NCBI RefSeq assembly: GCF_009914755.1
Contig: NC_060935.1
Length of the DNA stretch: 64,000 nt
From: the human T2T-CHM13v2.0 reference genome, Homo sapiens
Reading direction: 5' to 3' (one strand)
Part shown: one piece after another, positions 24,030 to 39,510 of the stretch
Numbering within the stretch: the first letter of the stretch is position 1
Layout: each line of letters opens with the position of its first letter
Notes under the pieces: generated by a model
Told to the model about the DNA's origin: nothing
The model's database searches: none
Seen by the model: the letters and a program-made list of their open reading frames with translations, nothing else
Position numbers and translations under genes: made by a program

Positions 24030-27000
24030 GAGAGTTTAAGCTGGGAACTCAGATCTAGAGTTGATGAGCTTACCCTAAGTTATTCCCTAACTTAGAATAT
24101 CACCATGCCCTTTTCCTCAGAACCTGTTCCTCTTTCTGCATTCCCTGCTACCATTGGTGGGCCCAGCATCTGGCCAGAAACCCCAGCCCAAACACAGAAC
24201 CTTCTCCCACCTCTCCAGGATGCCTGTCCCCACTTCTTTTTACTAATACACACATCTAAACTGTTAGGGCTCCAGAGGAGTGACTCGGTTTGACCAACCT
24301 CCATGTTCCTGCCTAGACGATAGACTGGTACACACCAAGATATGTTTGTTGAGTCAAATTTCAACCTTCAAATGATTTTCAAACATCATTACTTCCTGGG
24401 GGCGACCACTCCACCTACCTATCCCTCAGCTCAGAGCTGGATAGGCTCTCACTCTCAACCCTCCCCAGAAGAGCAGACCCCAAGACCGGGACAATGATTG
24501 GCTGTGTGAACAGGCTCGCAGCCCTGTGCTTGGAACCCCAGCACCAGAGTTTAGGGTGGAGACTCCCATGTGCAGGACAGGAAGGAAGCTCACACCTTGC
24601 CGACTGAGGCCAGCAGCAGGGTGGGAGCAGCTGTGGATCTTGGCCAGGGTCTTTTTTTCACCAATAGACTCTGAGCTGAACTGCAGGATGGTGGGTGTGT
24701 ACACAAGAAGACACGTGATAAAGTAAAAGTGAGCAGTCCCTTGGTTATCCAGATGTATGCAAACAGCTGCATTAGCTGAGTCTTTAGACCCAAGTTGAGA
24801 ACAGGTTATGGTGAACAGTGATATGCAATGGCAGGGGTGGGTGGAAGCCGGGAGGGTAGAGCCTGGGAATGGCTCTCCCAACAGCAAGCTTTGGTGATTA
24901 GAGGCCCATGTATTTCAAGGTCCTACTGCTTAAATGGGCATGTGCAACTGTGACTGCCTAATGATATGAGATTGGAAGTAACCATAGAGAATTTCTCCGC
25001 AGGGGAGTCATTTTTCCACCATGGAGAGGTGGGGATGGTCTGGGAGTAATTCTGAGGCATTAGCAGGAGAGAAACTGACATTTATTGTACCAGGTGCTCT
25101 ACCTGACTCTTTACATCCTTTATCTTATCCAGTCCTTACAACAGCCCTGCATGGTATGATTATTCCCATCTTACAGGTGAGAAAATTGAAGCTCAGAAAG
25201 GTGAAGTAATTTGTTTCAGACATCACAATTACTAAGTAATGTTAACAGGGTTTGAGCTCAGGGGAGCCTGACTCCAAGCCCAGGGTTCTGCTCAGTATAC
25301 CATAATGAAGGCTTCTAGGTCAATACAGAGCCAGGCGACAGCAGCAGCAACAACTTCAACCAAAAATGAAATGCTAACACAGGACCAGAAGAGGTTTTTC
25401 TGGCTAAGGCTTCACCAGTTTGTCATCGTGGAGAAGGTAGCATCCCTAACAATCAGATTTACCTATGTTCTTTGTTAACCTGCAGTTTGTTATACATGCA
25501 ATAGCTCTGCTTAAGTTAACTGGTAAATAGCATAGAGTTTATCCAGCGGGTTAAGCTGAGTCATTCTCGTGAAGTATTTTCTTGTTTTTAGAAAAGACTG
25601 AGTAAAGAGAGCTCTGAGGGCAGGTTAAGGCCAGGGACTGCCTGGAGATGCCTCAGCAGTTTTGCTGGAGCTGTTCTGGGCTGTGAGTGGGCAGGCAGGT
25701 GAGCAGACCCCCTTCCTGGCCCAGGTTCCACAAGGAGCATAGGCACTGGGAAATCACTGGGTTTTGGCAGGGTTTTCTTGGATCACACTAGCAACATTAC
25801 CAAGGCCTGAGTGGAGCTCCTGAACCCTGGGGAACATTTTCCTAGGGTGGCCCCCAGGCTCCTTAGGTCGGCTCAGACACCCCTCTTTCCTGTGCCCACA
25901 GTTGGTATTTCCTAGTTATAAAATGATTTTTTCATTAATGCTATGATAGAATGTAGAGGAATGTAGATATTTTTAATATGACAACATATGTTTATAGAAC
26001 AGAAGTTTTTTTTTCGTTTTTTTTTTTTGTTTTTAAAGCACCTAATTTGGAGTCACCCTGGATCCCAGAAGCCCCAAAGTCCTGGGACATTGTTCTCGTG
26101 GCCTTTCATCTCTTTTCCTCTGATCTTCTGGATCCCCTACACAGGGCCCTTCCTCTAGGGTTGGCAGAGTTTGGGAAAAGCAAAGGCCTTCTAGGGCCCT
26201 GGGCTGGAATGCTGGCTGGGGTATGGCTGGCAGGCTTTGTGGTTGGGACTGGTTGGGAGCAGCAGCTCTGCTCTGCTCAGCCTGCAGGTCAGCACTGGAA
26301 GGCCCAAGTTGGGCAGGGGCCCCAGGACAGGAGGGAGGGAGCCGCTACTCAATGCTTTCCTGATATCCTCTTACTGCCTCAGTTACCTCCCAATTCCCTA
26401 CTCATAAAAATCTAGCCATCCTGCAGCCCTATTCATTCTACATGTCCAGATGAGAAAAGCTGATAACCAGAAAATCGACTCCTGGGGTAGGTGGAGGGTG
26501 GTTCTCCTATGAAGTAATCCATCTTCCACACAGCTGGAATTCTAAAACATAGCTGTGGTCGCAGGCCTCCCTCAAGTCAAACATTTCAATGGCTTTCTGT
26601 GTGCTGACTCCCAAGTCTGGCTGCTTACTAAAAGCACCTGAGGTGCTTGATAAAATGAAGATTCCTACACCCTTCTCAGATAGACTGACTCAGAATATCT
26701 GGGAATAGGGCCTGGGAATCTGTATGGCTAAAAGCCCCTAAAGGGGAATCTGATCCAAAGACCAGAGCTGGAGAAGCCCTGGTCCACAGATGAAGTCCAG
26801 TTTCCTGGGCACTCATGCAAAACTTTCTGCTCTGAGACTGCCAAACCTCTCTGTTTTTTCTCCAGCCACTAACACCAAGGTATCCTGCACCCCAGCCTCA
26901 CCTAATGCTCACTTTCCAGAATATTCCACGTGCTATCAAACCTCAGTGTCACTCCCTCTGCCTAGAAGGCCATCCCCCCATCTGTCTCCATGAAAGACCC

Positions 27001-27302
27001 TACTCATCCTTCAGGAGCCACCACATGATTCTCACCAGATTAAACCCTCTGCCCCATTTCCTTTTAGCATTTTAAATTGTTTAGTTGGAAACATAGACTT
27101 TAACCTTCTATTTGCCACTTTCTAGCTCTATGACTTTGGCTGTTGAATTTCAATGTCCTCACAAATTATTATGAAAAATATTCAAATTTGAAAAGTATGT
27201 AAATGTATGTAAATTAGATATACAGTGTCTAGCACAAAATAACTAACAGAATGGTAACTTTTATTATTATTATTCCTATATTATGATGGCATTCCTCTAA
27301 CA

Positions 27303-27519
27303 CAGAGTTCAACAAACTATGGCCTTTGGGCCAAATCTGACCAACTAATGGTTTTTGTAAATAAATTTTTATCAAAATACAGCACAACCATTCATTTGTA
27401 TATTGTCTATGGCTGTTTTCATGCTATGAGGGCAATTGAGTAGTTGAGGCAGACACTCTGACTTATAAAGCCGAAATATGTACTAGCTGCCTTTTTTCAG
27501 AAAAGTTAGCCAACCCTGC
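27303..27519. mobile_element. MER58A-like hAT DNA transposon
   Basis: CAAACTATGGCC...GGGCCAAATCTG...TTTTGTAAATAAA...CCAACCCTG. Confidence 0.75.
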
Positions 27520-29454
27520 TCTAACATAATTGCAATTATTTTTTTATAGTTTCGTCTCCCCTATTTGGCTGAGAGACACTCAAAGATCTTCATGGCAGAC
27601 TCCTGTTCATCCTTTTAAACTAAGTCTTTCTCATCTTTGTATCTCTAACATTTGGTATATAATTAGGGCTTGGTATATGTTAAATTGAAGTGAATAATTC
27701 TTTAACCCAGTTTAAATGCACACATCTCCTGAAAGCCCTGATGGGAAGATGGGGTAAGTGCCAGCAGACCTGGCTCTGAGGCTGCCTCCCTCCTGGCTTC
27801 AGCATCCCACAGTCTCACTGCCTCCCACCACCCAAAACCCAGCACTCTGTGCTTTGCAGCTGTAATATTTCCCCTGATAGAGAGGGGAGGAAGAAGTCCT
27901 TCAAAGGTTAGTATATTCCCATTATCCAAGAGTGTACAAATGGATGGTCTAATGGTCCCCATGGTCCTTACAGGGGGCAATTTGGTGGACCCATTTTTAA
28001 TAAATAAACTAATGGATTGGTATTTTTTCTCTGGAGATCTATATTTTGTTTAGTTTCAACTACCCATGAATTTGCATTCCTGACAAAAGCTCCTTTTGAG
28101 AAGAGAACTAGGATTTCCAAGCAGTGAGACCATTTCTTTGTGAGCTGTTTATGAAACTACTCTGTGACCTTGGGCCAGTCACCCGCCTCTCTGGGCCTAG
28201 CTTTCAGTTTCTGTATAACAACTTCCAGACTTGACTCCCTGGAGTTCTAGCCAGAGGGATGAACCAACTCATGGTGAGTGAAAACAGTGGCCTGGCAACA
28301 GGCAGCTTGACAGAGTGTCTTCCCTCTTCCATGCTGCAGTAGCACATTCCCTGTCCTCCCCAGCAAATACAGCGACTCATTTCTACTGCCTTTTCTTGAG
28401 GCTTAAAGAAGATACTTTAGCCCTAAAGTAGATCTTCAGAAGATAAGAAAATGCCATGGTGTGGAAAACTCTGTGCTGGATGAAGTGGAAACACTCAGCT
28501 CTCCCCCGAGGCCAGATGAAAAGCACATGGATGAAAGCCAAAGTCCATCCCTTCCTTGAGCCTTTGGGAGCAGCAGTCCACCCTCTCTTTCAGAAAGTAG
28601 TTCCCCCCCTTACCCTTCACCCTCCTTGCAGACACCCCCATGGGATAAAATACTGAGCCTGCAGGATCCTGGTTATCTGGGGGCAAATCGGTGTAACTGT
28701 GGATTGAACTGACTTTTATTGATTTCCCAGCAGGTGATTTATAACTGCCTGCTTCCTAAAAGGACTTGTGGCCAGATGGCAATAAAAACACTCAGAGGCC
28801 AAGAGAGTTAAAAATAAATGCTGAAAAAGAGAGCAGAGGAAAGAGGGAGATAGACAGCTGCACTAACCGAGGTGGGATGACTGCTCAGTCTGGATCACAG
28901 GGATGGGAATCTTGCTTTTCAGTTCCTACTGACATAACCAGTTGAGATCAGCAGCACCTTGTTTCTGGCTTTTGCAAGAATTGCAGAGCAAGGAGTAGCT
29001 ACATCTTGAGCTTCCAAAACTAACCCTTAGTCCAACAGAGAACAAAACTGAGTGAGATTTTGCATTTTAGAACTTTATAAAGCTCACTTCACAGAGGGAC
29101 TCCTCATACAACTATGTCACCGTACTGTTTACACAACAGGATCTGGAAGTACTTTAAAGCCGGCAGTGTAAATCAAATTCTAGGTGTTATGTACATGTCT
29201 GAGTCTAATGGCTGGTCATCCACCCTCCTTGACTTGGCTTTAGAGTAGTCCTTAACTAAAACGAGTTCTAGGGTCATGCAAAACCATGCACAAGGATCCT
29301 TTAGCTTAGTGAAAATAGGCAGTGCTTTCTAATTCTGGCCATAGGTCACTGTCATTTGGTGGTCACGGTGAATTGGTTATTTAACAAATTCTGTTTTCAC
29401 TAGTTGCAACTAACCAGAAATCAGATCTCTCAAAGGAAAACCAAGAAGGCTATC

Positions 29455-29860
29455 GCTATGGGCTTAACTGTGCCCCCCAATACTCCTCCTAGTTCTTATG
29501 TCAAAATCCTAACCCCCAGTACATAATAATGTGACTGTATTTGGAGACAGGGCCTTTAAAGAGGTGATTAAGTTTAAATGAGGCCATTAGAATAGACCCT
29601 AATCCAATCTGACTGGTGTCCTTATAAGAAGAGGAAATTTGGATGTAGAGGCACCAAGGATGTGCCTATACAGAAGAAAGACCATATGAGGACACAGAGA
29701 GAAGGTGGCCATCTATAAGCAAGGAGAGAGGCCGCAGAAGAAACCAGACCTGCTGATACCTTGATCTGGGACTTCCTTAGAACTGTTAGAAAATAAATTT
29801 CCATTGTTTAAGCCACCTGGCTTGTGATATTTTAATACAGTAGCTCTGACAATCTAATAT
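29455..29860 (+). mobile_element. MLT1 (MaLR) solo LTR (MLT1A/B-like)
   Basis: GTGACTGTATTTGGAGACAGGGCCTTTAAAGAGGTGATTAAG...AATAAATTTCCATTGTTTAAGCCAC. Confidence 0.8.
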
Positions 29861-30303
29861 AGCTATTGATAGAATCTCTCAGCCATATCAGATTTAAATT
29901 CAAGTCTGTTTCAAACATTTAATCTTTGAAATAGGGATCAATACATTTTGGAGAATAATTGCTTTAGTATTTTTCCAGGCTAACCACAAAACTCCTTTCA
30001 GAACCTTTCTAATGAAATAAAAATTCTCTAGACTAGGTCCCAAGAATTCTACCTTTGAAGAAGTAAAATTATCTCTATTTGCAGGTGATATGATCTTATA
30101 TATGCAAAATCCTGAGGAATCCACTAAAAAACTATTAGGACTAATAAATGAGCTCAGCAAGGCTGCAGGATATATGATTGATATAGTACAATCAATTATA
30201 TTTCTATACATTAGCAATGAACAATCAAAAAATGAAATTAATAAAGCAATTCTATTCACAATAGCATCAAAAGCATAAATACTTAGGAATACACCCAACG
30301 GCT

Positions 30304-30699
<396 letters not shown>

Positions 30700-31874
30700 T
30701 TAAGGCCCTAAATTGTTGGAATGCCATCTCATTCCAATTTCATATGGAAACACAAGGAAGCAACAATAATCAAAACAAACTAAAAAGAAGAAAAAAATTA
30801 TCTACACATCCCAATTGCAAAACTTACTATAAAACTATCGTAATATAGTATGATACTATACACTATACAAGAAGAGACATACACATCAATGCAACAGACT
30901 TGAGAGTTCATACATAAGCCCTTACATTTATAGTTAATTGATTTCAACAAGGATGCCAAGACAATTCGATGGGGAAAGAAGTCTTTTCAACAAATGGTTC
31001 TGGAACAACGGGATAACCACATGTAAAAGAATAAAGTTGGACCTCTTCCTATACCATACACAAAAATTAACTCAAAACATCTAAATGGGAGAGCTATAAC
31101 TATAGAATTCTTAGGTGAAAGCATGTGAGTAAATCTTGGTGTCCTTGGTTTAGACAATGCCTTCTTAGATACAACACCATAAATGCAGGCAACAAAAGAA
31201 AAAGTAAATAAATTGGACTTCATCGCGATACAAAAAATTCTGTATTGAAAGTGATGCTATCAAGGAAGTAAAATGACAACCCACAGAATAGAAAAAAATT
31301 TGCAAATAGCATATCTAATAAAGGACTTGAATAAAGAACTCTTATAATGATAAAAAGACAAGTAATACAATTTTTAAATGGGCAAAATATTTGAATACAC
31401 ATGTCTCCAAAGAATATATGCCAATGACCAATAAGCACATGAACAGATGTTCAACGTCATCAACTATCAGGGAAATACAAATTAAAACAGCAATAAGGTA
31501 CCACTTTACACCCATGAGGGTGGTTAAAATAAAAAAGACAACAGCAAGTGTCGACTAGGATGTGAAGAAACTAGAACCCTTATATATTGCTGGTAGAAAT
31601 GTAAAATGGCGTAACCGCTTTGGAAAACAGCTTAGCAGTTCCTCAAAAGGTTGAACATAGGATTACTGCATGATCTACCAATTCTTCTAGATATGTACCC
31701 AAGAGAAATGAAAATGTATATCCACATAAAAACATGTACACAATGTTCATAGCAGCACTATTTATAATAGCCAAAACATGGAAATAAACTAAATGTCCAT
31801 AAGGTAATTAATGGATGAATAAAATGTGGTATATTCATACAATAGAATCTATTCGGTCATAAAAAGGAATGAAG

Positions 31875-32195
<321 letters not shown>

Positions 32196-35100
32196 TCATG
32201 CTAAAGTATGAAACTTAAAATGAATGAAAGGATGAACTTGAAAATATTATGGTAAGTGAAAGAAGCCAGTCACAAAAAACCATACGTATTATTTTATTTA
32301 TATAAAATGCCCATAATAGAGAAAGCTATAGAGATGGAAGGTAAATTAATGGTTGCTTAGGGCTGAGAGGATGGGGAAATGGGACGTGGCTGTTAATAAG
32401 TGTGGGGTTTCTTTTTGGATGATAAAAATATTCTGGAATTAGTTAGCCATGATGGCTGCACAACTCTCTGAATATACTAAAATCCACTGAATTGTACACT
32501 TTAAGTAGGTGAGTCATATGGCGTGTGGATTATATTTTAACAAAGCTGTTTAAAATTTTTTCTAACTTCCATTAAAAAAAAAAGAGAAGGAAGCTAGCTT
32601 TGGTCCTTAGTGCCTTGTGACCTCTCTGGGCATAGCTTCCTCAAACATAAACATTAGAAATTAAGCTCGATGATTTATAACGTGCCTTCCATCTCTGAAA
32701 TTGCTGAGGATACATAATGTAAGAAAACAGGTTGAGGGAAAGAGATAGATTATGTGTCTAGGATGGGCTCGTGTGAGGAGAAATGAAGGAGGAGGCAACA
32801 ATAAGAAGACTAAGAGAAATAGAGATGAAGGGACAGGGACACGGGCTCAGAGAGACAGACAGAGACATGGAGACAAGACTACACCCCAAAAGAAAGACAG
32901 ACTCACTGGGATGAATGTGCAGATTACTCATCTGTTCTTCCATTTAACAAATATTTACAGAGCGCCTACCAAGTGCCAAGCTCTGTGCAGTAGTAAACCA
33001 GGTAGACCAGGGCACTGAGCTCAGAGGTAAGAGACATAGCAGTAAGCAGGCAATTTGCAAGCAAGCACAGAGAGCGAGAGCTGGGATGCAGTAATTCAAG
33101 ATGCTCCAGAAGTGCACAGATGCAACACACACCCCACACCACACTCCACATGCACAAATGTCCCAAAGGTAGACTCATTTTTGTAGGGAGCGCCATTCCT
33201 CATCTGAGGCATTTAGAGTTCTGCTAGCAAAGACATTCAAATAAACGGGTTTTTACAAGTATGGGCACAAATCGGGGTGACACCTTTCAGTTCTCACCCT
33301 GAAGTCTCTATAAAATGAGGCTGAAGGACAGGATTCATCCCTCACTCCAGAGCTTCCCAGTACTCTTTCCCCCTCATCGGGAGGGACTGGCTTTGGAAAC
33401 AGAGAGGAATGTGACCTATTACAGCCACACCAGCACCACTCCTCTGGGCTTTCAGCTGGAAACTTCCCAGAACACATTTTGTTCCACCCTCCTTCCATCC
33501 CATCCAGACCTGGCGACCTGGCCCAATGAAGGCATCACATGTTGCCCCTTCCCCTGTCTTGTGGCTTCTCTGCTGCTGACAGGCACATGAAAGGGAATTG
33601 AAGCTCAACAGAAAAGTGACTGCTTCCTGCACGGTGTCGGCTCCCTGCCTGACTCAGATTCAGCCAACTCTGAGGAGGGAAGGCAAGGGACGTTTCTGGA
33701 TATCTCTTGCCCGGGTCCCTCTTCTCCTAACTCCAGATTTAGCGAGAGTCCAAGCTACACAATATTCCTGAAATAGCCCCAAGTCACATCCTAAGATGGG
33801 GGTTCATCCCCTCATATGAAGGATTCTCTTTGGAGAAGATGTTGGGGGCTTTGGACGCCGTGCACTGGCACACGAATAGGAAACGCAGAGTGACCCGGAG
33901 CAGGAAGGAATGGGCACCGCCCTGCAGATTCTGGGCAGGCTGCACCAGTGCTGGGCTGGGAAACAGCCCCTGGGCTCCCTGAAGATCTCCCTGGCTGTGC
34001 ACCATTTGGAGCAGCAGTGAATTAATGTGATTCAGGCTCCAAAAATAGTAGCCAGAGCATCTAAAATTGCTTTCCACCCTGGACTGGGCCAGTCCCCTGG
34101 GAATGTCAGCATTTCTAAAATGTCCCCATTCACCCAGAGTGCCTTTGTCAGACCCCAAGTAGAATCTGGGCCACCGTTAAGCTCTCCTGGTTCCGTTGGC
34201 TCCTGCCCGGTTCCCCTCTCCTGTGTGTCACGTGCACTGCCTCCCAAACAGGAAATGCTAATTCATGCCTGCCACTTGCTGTTACCAGGTCCAAGAACTT
34301 TAACCCTGCAAATGGCTTGGAAGGGCAGAAATGGTCCCTTGCAGAAGTGGCCTGGGTGGCTCTCTATCACTGAGTTGGGATTTAATTCCTAACAATGACG
34401 ACTGGGGAAGCAGGTCACCTGAGGAACCCTGAGCCTCTGGTCTGCTGCTGATGCCAAAGGGAGTCATTTCCACAGTGGCTTGTCTTTCTCTGACAAAATT
34501 ATTTGGGGATCTCAGGGAATTTCATCATCATGAAGACTTGTCACTCTAGGCCTACCTCAGTGCTTTTGCACATCCTGTACTCTACGCAGGAAACACCATT
34601 TACGCCCTCTTCCCTGACTGACAAATGCCCCTTCATCCTCTTATTCAGCGCCTTCCTAAGAGTGCTGCGGTCTTTACTAAGTTTGTCTGCAATGAATGCT
34701 CTGGAATGGCCACCTTTGCCCAGGTTACACTCCCATGCCTAGAGATTCACACCCTGCATTCTCCTACCCACTGATCGACCACGACTCTCAGCTGCCTTAT
34801 TCATGGACAGGAGTGAGGCAAGGAACAAGCCTCTCCCCTGCCTCATGGAGGCTGGCCTCCCATCTAACAATTAAATGGCCAGAGTCTGTAACCACTGCAT
34901 GGGGTTCCTGATTTAAATGCAGTTTGGGAATCTCTCTGCCTAGAGAATCGTGATTTGATCTTTGTGATCATGTCCTTTAGTTCTCAGGTTCTTAGCTGTG
35001 ATGCTCGTACTGCCTCTTAGTGGCTTCGCTTTGCCTCCCTAAGAGATTCCAGAAGCGCAGGACACAGAAAGTGATGGAGGAGTGAGGAGGGAGAATGAGT

Positions 35101-36479
35101 TAGTCTACACCTTGGTTTCTCCCTGTGCGGTGGGAGCTAACGGTTTCTCCGTCAGAATGGTTGAGAGGATGGCATGAGATGCGTACATGACTCAGCACAG
35201 TCAGTGCTTTGGGGGGCAGCTGCATTTTCGCCCATGCGGTCCCCAGTCCCCCTTCTTCTGGCGACAGCAGCACATCCATCATACTTGTGCTTGGGATGGG
35301 GGTGGTTGACCCCACTGTGGGATTGGAGCTATGACACTGGACTGGCCCCACAGAATATCCCATGCTCCCAGCTCTGGGTTGTAATTGAGGAATGAGCACG
35401 TGACTCAGACCAGGCCAATACATTCAGTTCGGTGACTTCTGTTGGAACTGTTGGGGGAGTTCCTGCTGCAAGCGTTGCTGAAAGGAGAGGCTGGGAACTG
35501 CAGGTGCCACAGTGCCACCACACAGGAGAGGTCACCTGAGAATACATCTAATGCCAAGGACAGCTGAGAGACAAGGGGATGAGACCGTGGATCCAGCCAT
35601 GTCCGAGATTGCCCTAGAACTCTCAATGATATGATCCAGAACATTCTGCTAATTTGCTAATCTAATTTGAATCCGTTTCTATTCTAGGCAAACCAGAATC
35701 CTGGCAAATGCCAAGCTCAATATGTTTGGAGGTTCACCCTTCCCACGGCCATTGCTCTGGGGCGAGCGGTGTTCCTTGGCCTCTGCAGAGACGATGCCAC
35801 AGCTCATCTCCCTGTCCTCAGTCTCTCGTTCTTCAGTCTTTTACTGCACTGACTGTTCTCAAACACAGGCTTAGAAGATGCCTTGACTCCCCACTGCCTG
35901 GAGATCATGTCCCAACTTCCTCAGATCCACCTGCAAAGCTCTACATCTGACTCTAATTTCCTTTGTGCGTCTCTCCCATGACCTTCCCCTCTGGGTCCAT
36001 GCATACTCTGTGCCCCACCCATATTAACCTCTTCCCCACTCTGAAACGCTCCCTCCACTCTCCCAACCCTGTACTTTTCCTGGGAAGTTCCTCACTTCTT
36101 TCTTACCTACCTGCCAGATCCACAACTACCTTCTCTTCTGAGAAGTCTTCATGGATGGCCCCAGACTGAGTCAATGTCTCCTTCTCCTGAATCAATGTCT
36201 CCCTTGTACATACTGTAGTACCTCTTGGTGTTTATGACTTGAGAGTAATTTATACATTTTTTTTGAGAGCAGGGAGCATGTCTTACTCCTTTCAGGATCC
36301 CCTGGGATCCTTACACAAGATTTGCTCACTCTAGACCCTCCCTGAATTTGCTGACACAAGACCTTGGCTTCCAGCTGACAAACTCTGACTACCCCGTCCC
36401 CTCCCCTCAACCATACTCTAGGAGAGGGGTGCCTAAACTTTGGGTCACATTTCCTCTTCACCAGTAAACTTCTTTTTTA

Positions 36480-37100
36480 AAAAATTATGATAAAATATGT
36501 GTGACATATGATGTATCATTTTAACCATTTTGAAGTGTACAATTCAGTGGCATTAAGCACATTCACAATGCTGTGCACCTATCACCCCTACCTAGTTCCA
36601 GAACTTTTTCATCATCCCAAATGGAAACTCTGTACCCAGTAAGCAGTCACTCCCTGTTCCTCCTTTCTGGCAGGCCCTGCCAACCACGAATCTGCTTTCT
36701 GTCCCTGTGGCTTTAACCGGTTCTGGATAGTTATATGAATGCAACCATACAATATGTGACATTTTCGGTCTAGCTTCTTTCACTTAGATAATGTTTTTGA
36801 GGTTTATCCACATGGTAGCATGTATCCATACTTCATTCCTTTTTATGGCTGAATAATATTCCATCATTATCTATCTCTCTATCTGTCTATCTATCTATCT
36901 ATCATCTATCTGTCTATCCATCCCACATTTTGTTTATTCATTCATCAGGTGATAGACATTCGTGTTGTTTCCTCCTTTTGGCTATTGTGAATAGTGCTGT
37001 TACACTGTGATACAACTTTTGTTTGAACACCTGTTTTCAATTCTTTTGCATATAGACCTAGGACTGGAATTGCTGGGTCATATGGAAATTTTACATTTAC
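36480..37100 (-). mobile_element. L1MB-like 3' fragment containing (TCTA)n at ~36868-36920
   Basis: Typical L1M 3' UTR sequence (GTGTACAATTCAGTGGCATT..., TTTATGGCTGAATAATATTCC). Confidence 0.82.
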
Positions 37101-38861
37101 TGGGAAGCTGCTTATCCTTGCTTTCTCCAAGCCTCAACAACATGCTGGGTCTATTTAACTGCTTTCACGCTGAGAGAGCCCAAGGTTCTTAGAAGGGAGC
37201 GATTTCATCTTGTCGTCTCCTGATGGCAATCCCTAAAGGATGTTCCTAGTTTTTAATACTGCCCTCTTGCTGTTTAGAGCTTTCCTTTGTCTAAGCTATT
37301 TCAGACATATTATTTAATTTATTCCTCACAGAAATACTGTAAGGAGGAAACGATTACGTCTGCTTTTTGATGTGGAGGCTGACAGATTCAGAGGATGAAG
37401 TGATGCGGCAAGGTCACACAGCCATTAGGAGCCCAGCTGAGACTGACCCCAGCCCAGTGCCCTTTCCACGCCACCACAGCGGCCCTCTCTCAATTTGCCT
37501 CTCTTTTCAAAGTCTTTGTAAAATAGCCACCATCTGAAATGTATTCTCAGACCCACCATTGTTTAGAAATGCCCTCTTGGTAGGCAACTGGTTGATGCTG
37601 GCATGGACCTCTGCAAACACTCTACCAGTTGGCACCTCATTTGTAATCGAAGCTTTTTCCTGGGGCAGATTCTGCCTGTACCAAACAGACCAATGTTTAC
37701 CTTTTCTGGGTCTTCTGTCACCTTCTGCAATCCTGGGTTAATGTTCCCTTTTGATGCTGCTATGAGTCTAAATCTGAGTGTGTCCCACAAGCTCAACCTC
37801 AGCTCTCTAAATTTCCTCCCTGTTCTTTTGTTCAACCCAAGGTCAACCCAAGAGCTTCCCCTTCCCTTTCTCAGGAAGAAACTATCCCTTGGACCAAGGG
37901 GTCCCCTGACCTCTTTGGAGTAGAAAAGAGGCACAATGCCCTTCAGCCTGACATGGTGAAGTTGTGTCTATACTGCTCCTTGGAAGCTTCCAATCTTAGT
38001 GTCCTAGTTCTACATGAGACCAGGAGACTGTAGAAATAAGCAAAACAGGCAATGATAACAATAACAACATTCTCTATCCATCAGAAGCATAGAGCTTTTT
38101 AAAAGCATACGATTCAGTGGCATTAGGTACATTCGCAATGTTGTGCACCTACCACCCTTATCTAGTTCCAGAACACTTTCATCATCCCAAATGGAAACTC
38201 TGTACCAATGAAGCAGTCACTCCCTGTTCCCCTTCCCCCCAGGCCCTGGCAACCACAGATCTGGTGCCTGGTGCTTTAGGCATATTTACTCACTCAATCC
38301 CCCAACTGCCCTATGAGGTGGATGCCACTTTGCAGATAAGGAAACTGAAGTTCAATGTGATGCTGTGACCTCCAGAGTCACAGAGCTAATGGGTGGCCAA
38401 ACAGGGATTGAAGCCGTCAGAGCCCATGGCTTCCCCATTCCAGCCCACTGTCTGCCTCTCAGGCAGAAGGTTTGTGAGCTGACCTTGCTCACTGAGAGCT
38501 TTCCTTAGCAGTTCTGCAAGCAGCAAGGACTCTCTAGATGCCACGTGATCCATCCTGTGTCCACCCAAGTAGGAATACCACTAACCACTTATCCCAAAGT
38601 TGTATAGAGTTCTGTACAACTCCAGATCTGGGTGATGTTGTCAGGAGCTCTGAAAAGAAAGCTTATGTGTTTCACTCTATTTGGGAATATCAGCGGGAGA
38701 TAGGTTTCTGTCTTGCAGGACATCTCAGAGCCTTTAAAAGTAAATGTGCAGTATAAATCTGCAAGAAGGGGTGAAAGGATATAATGTTTCCCAAATTTAT
38801 TTGACCATGAAACGTTTTTCCAAGGAGTATCTCAAAGTGTCCTCTTTAAAACTCCACTCTG

Positions 38862-39510
<649 letters not shown>

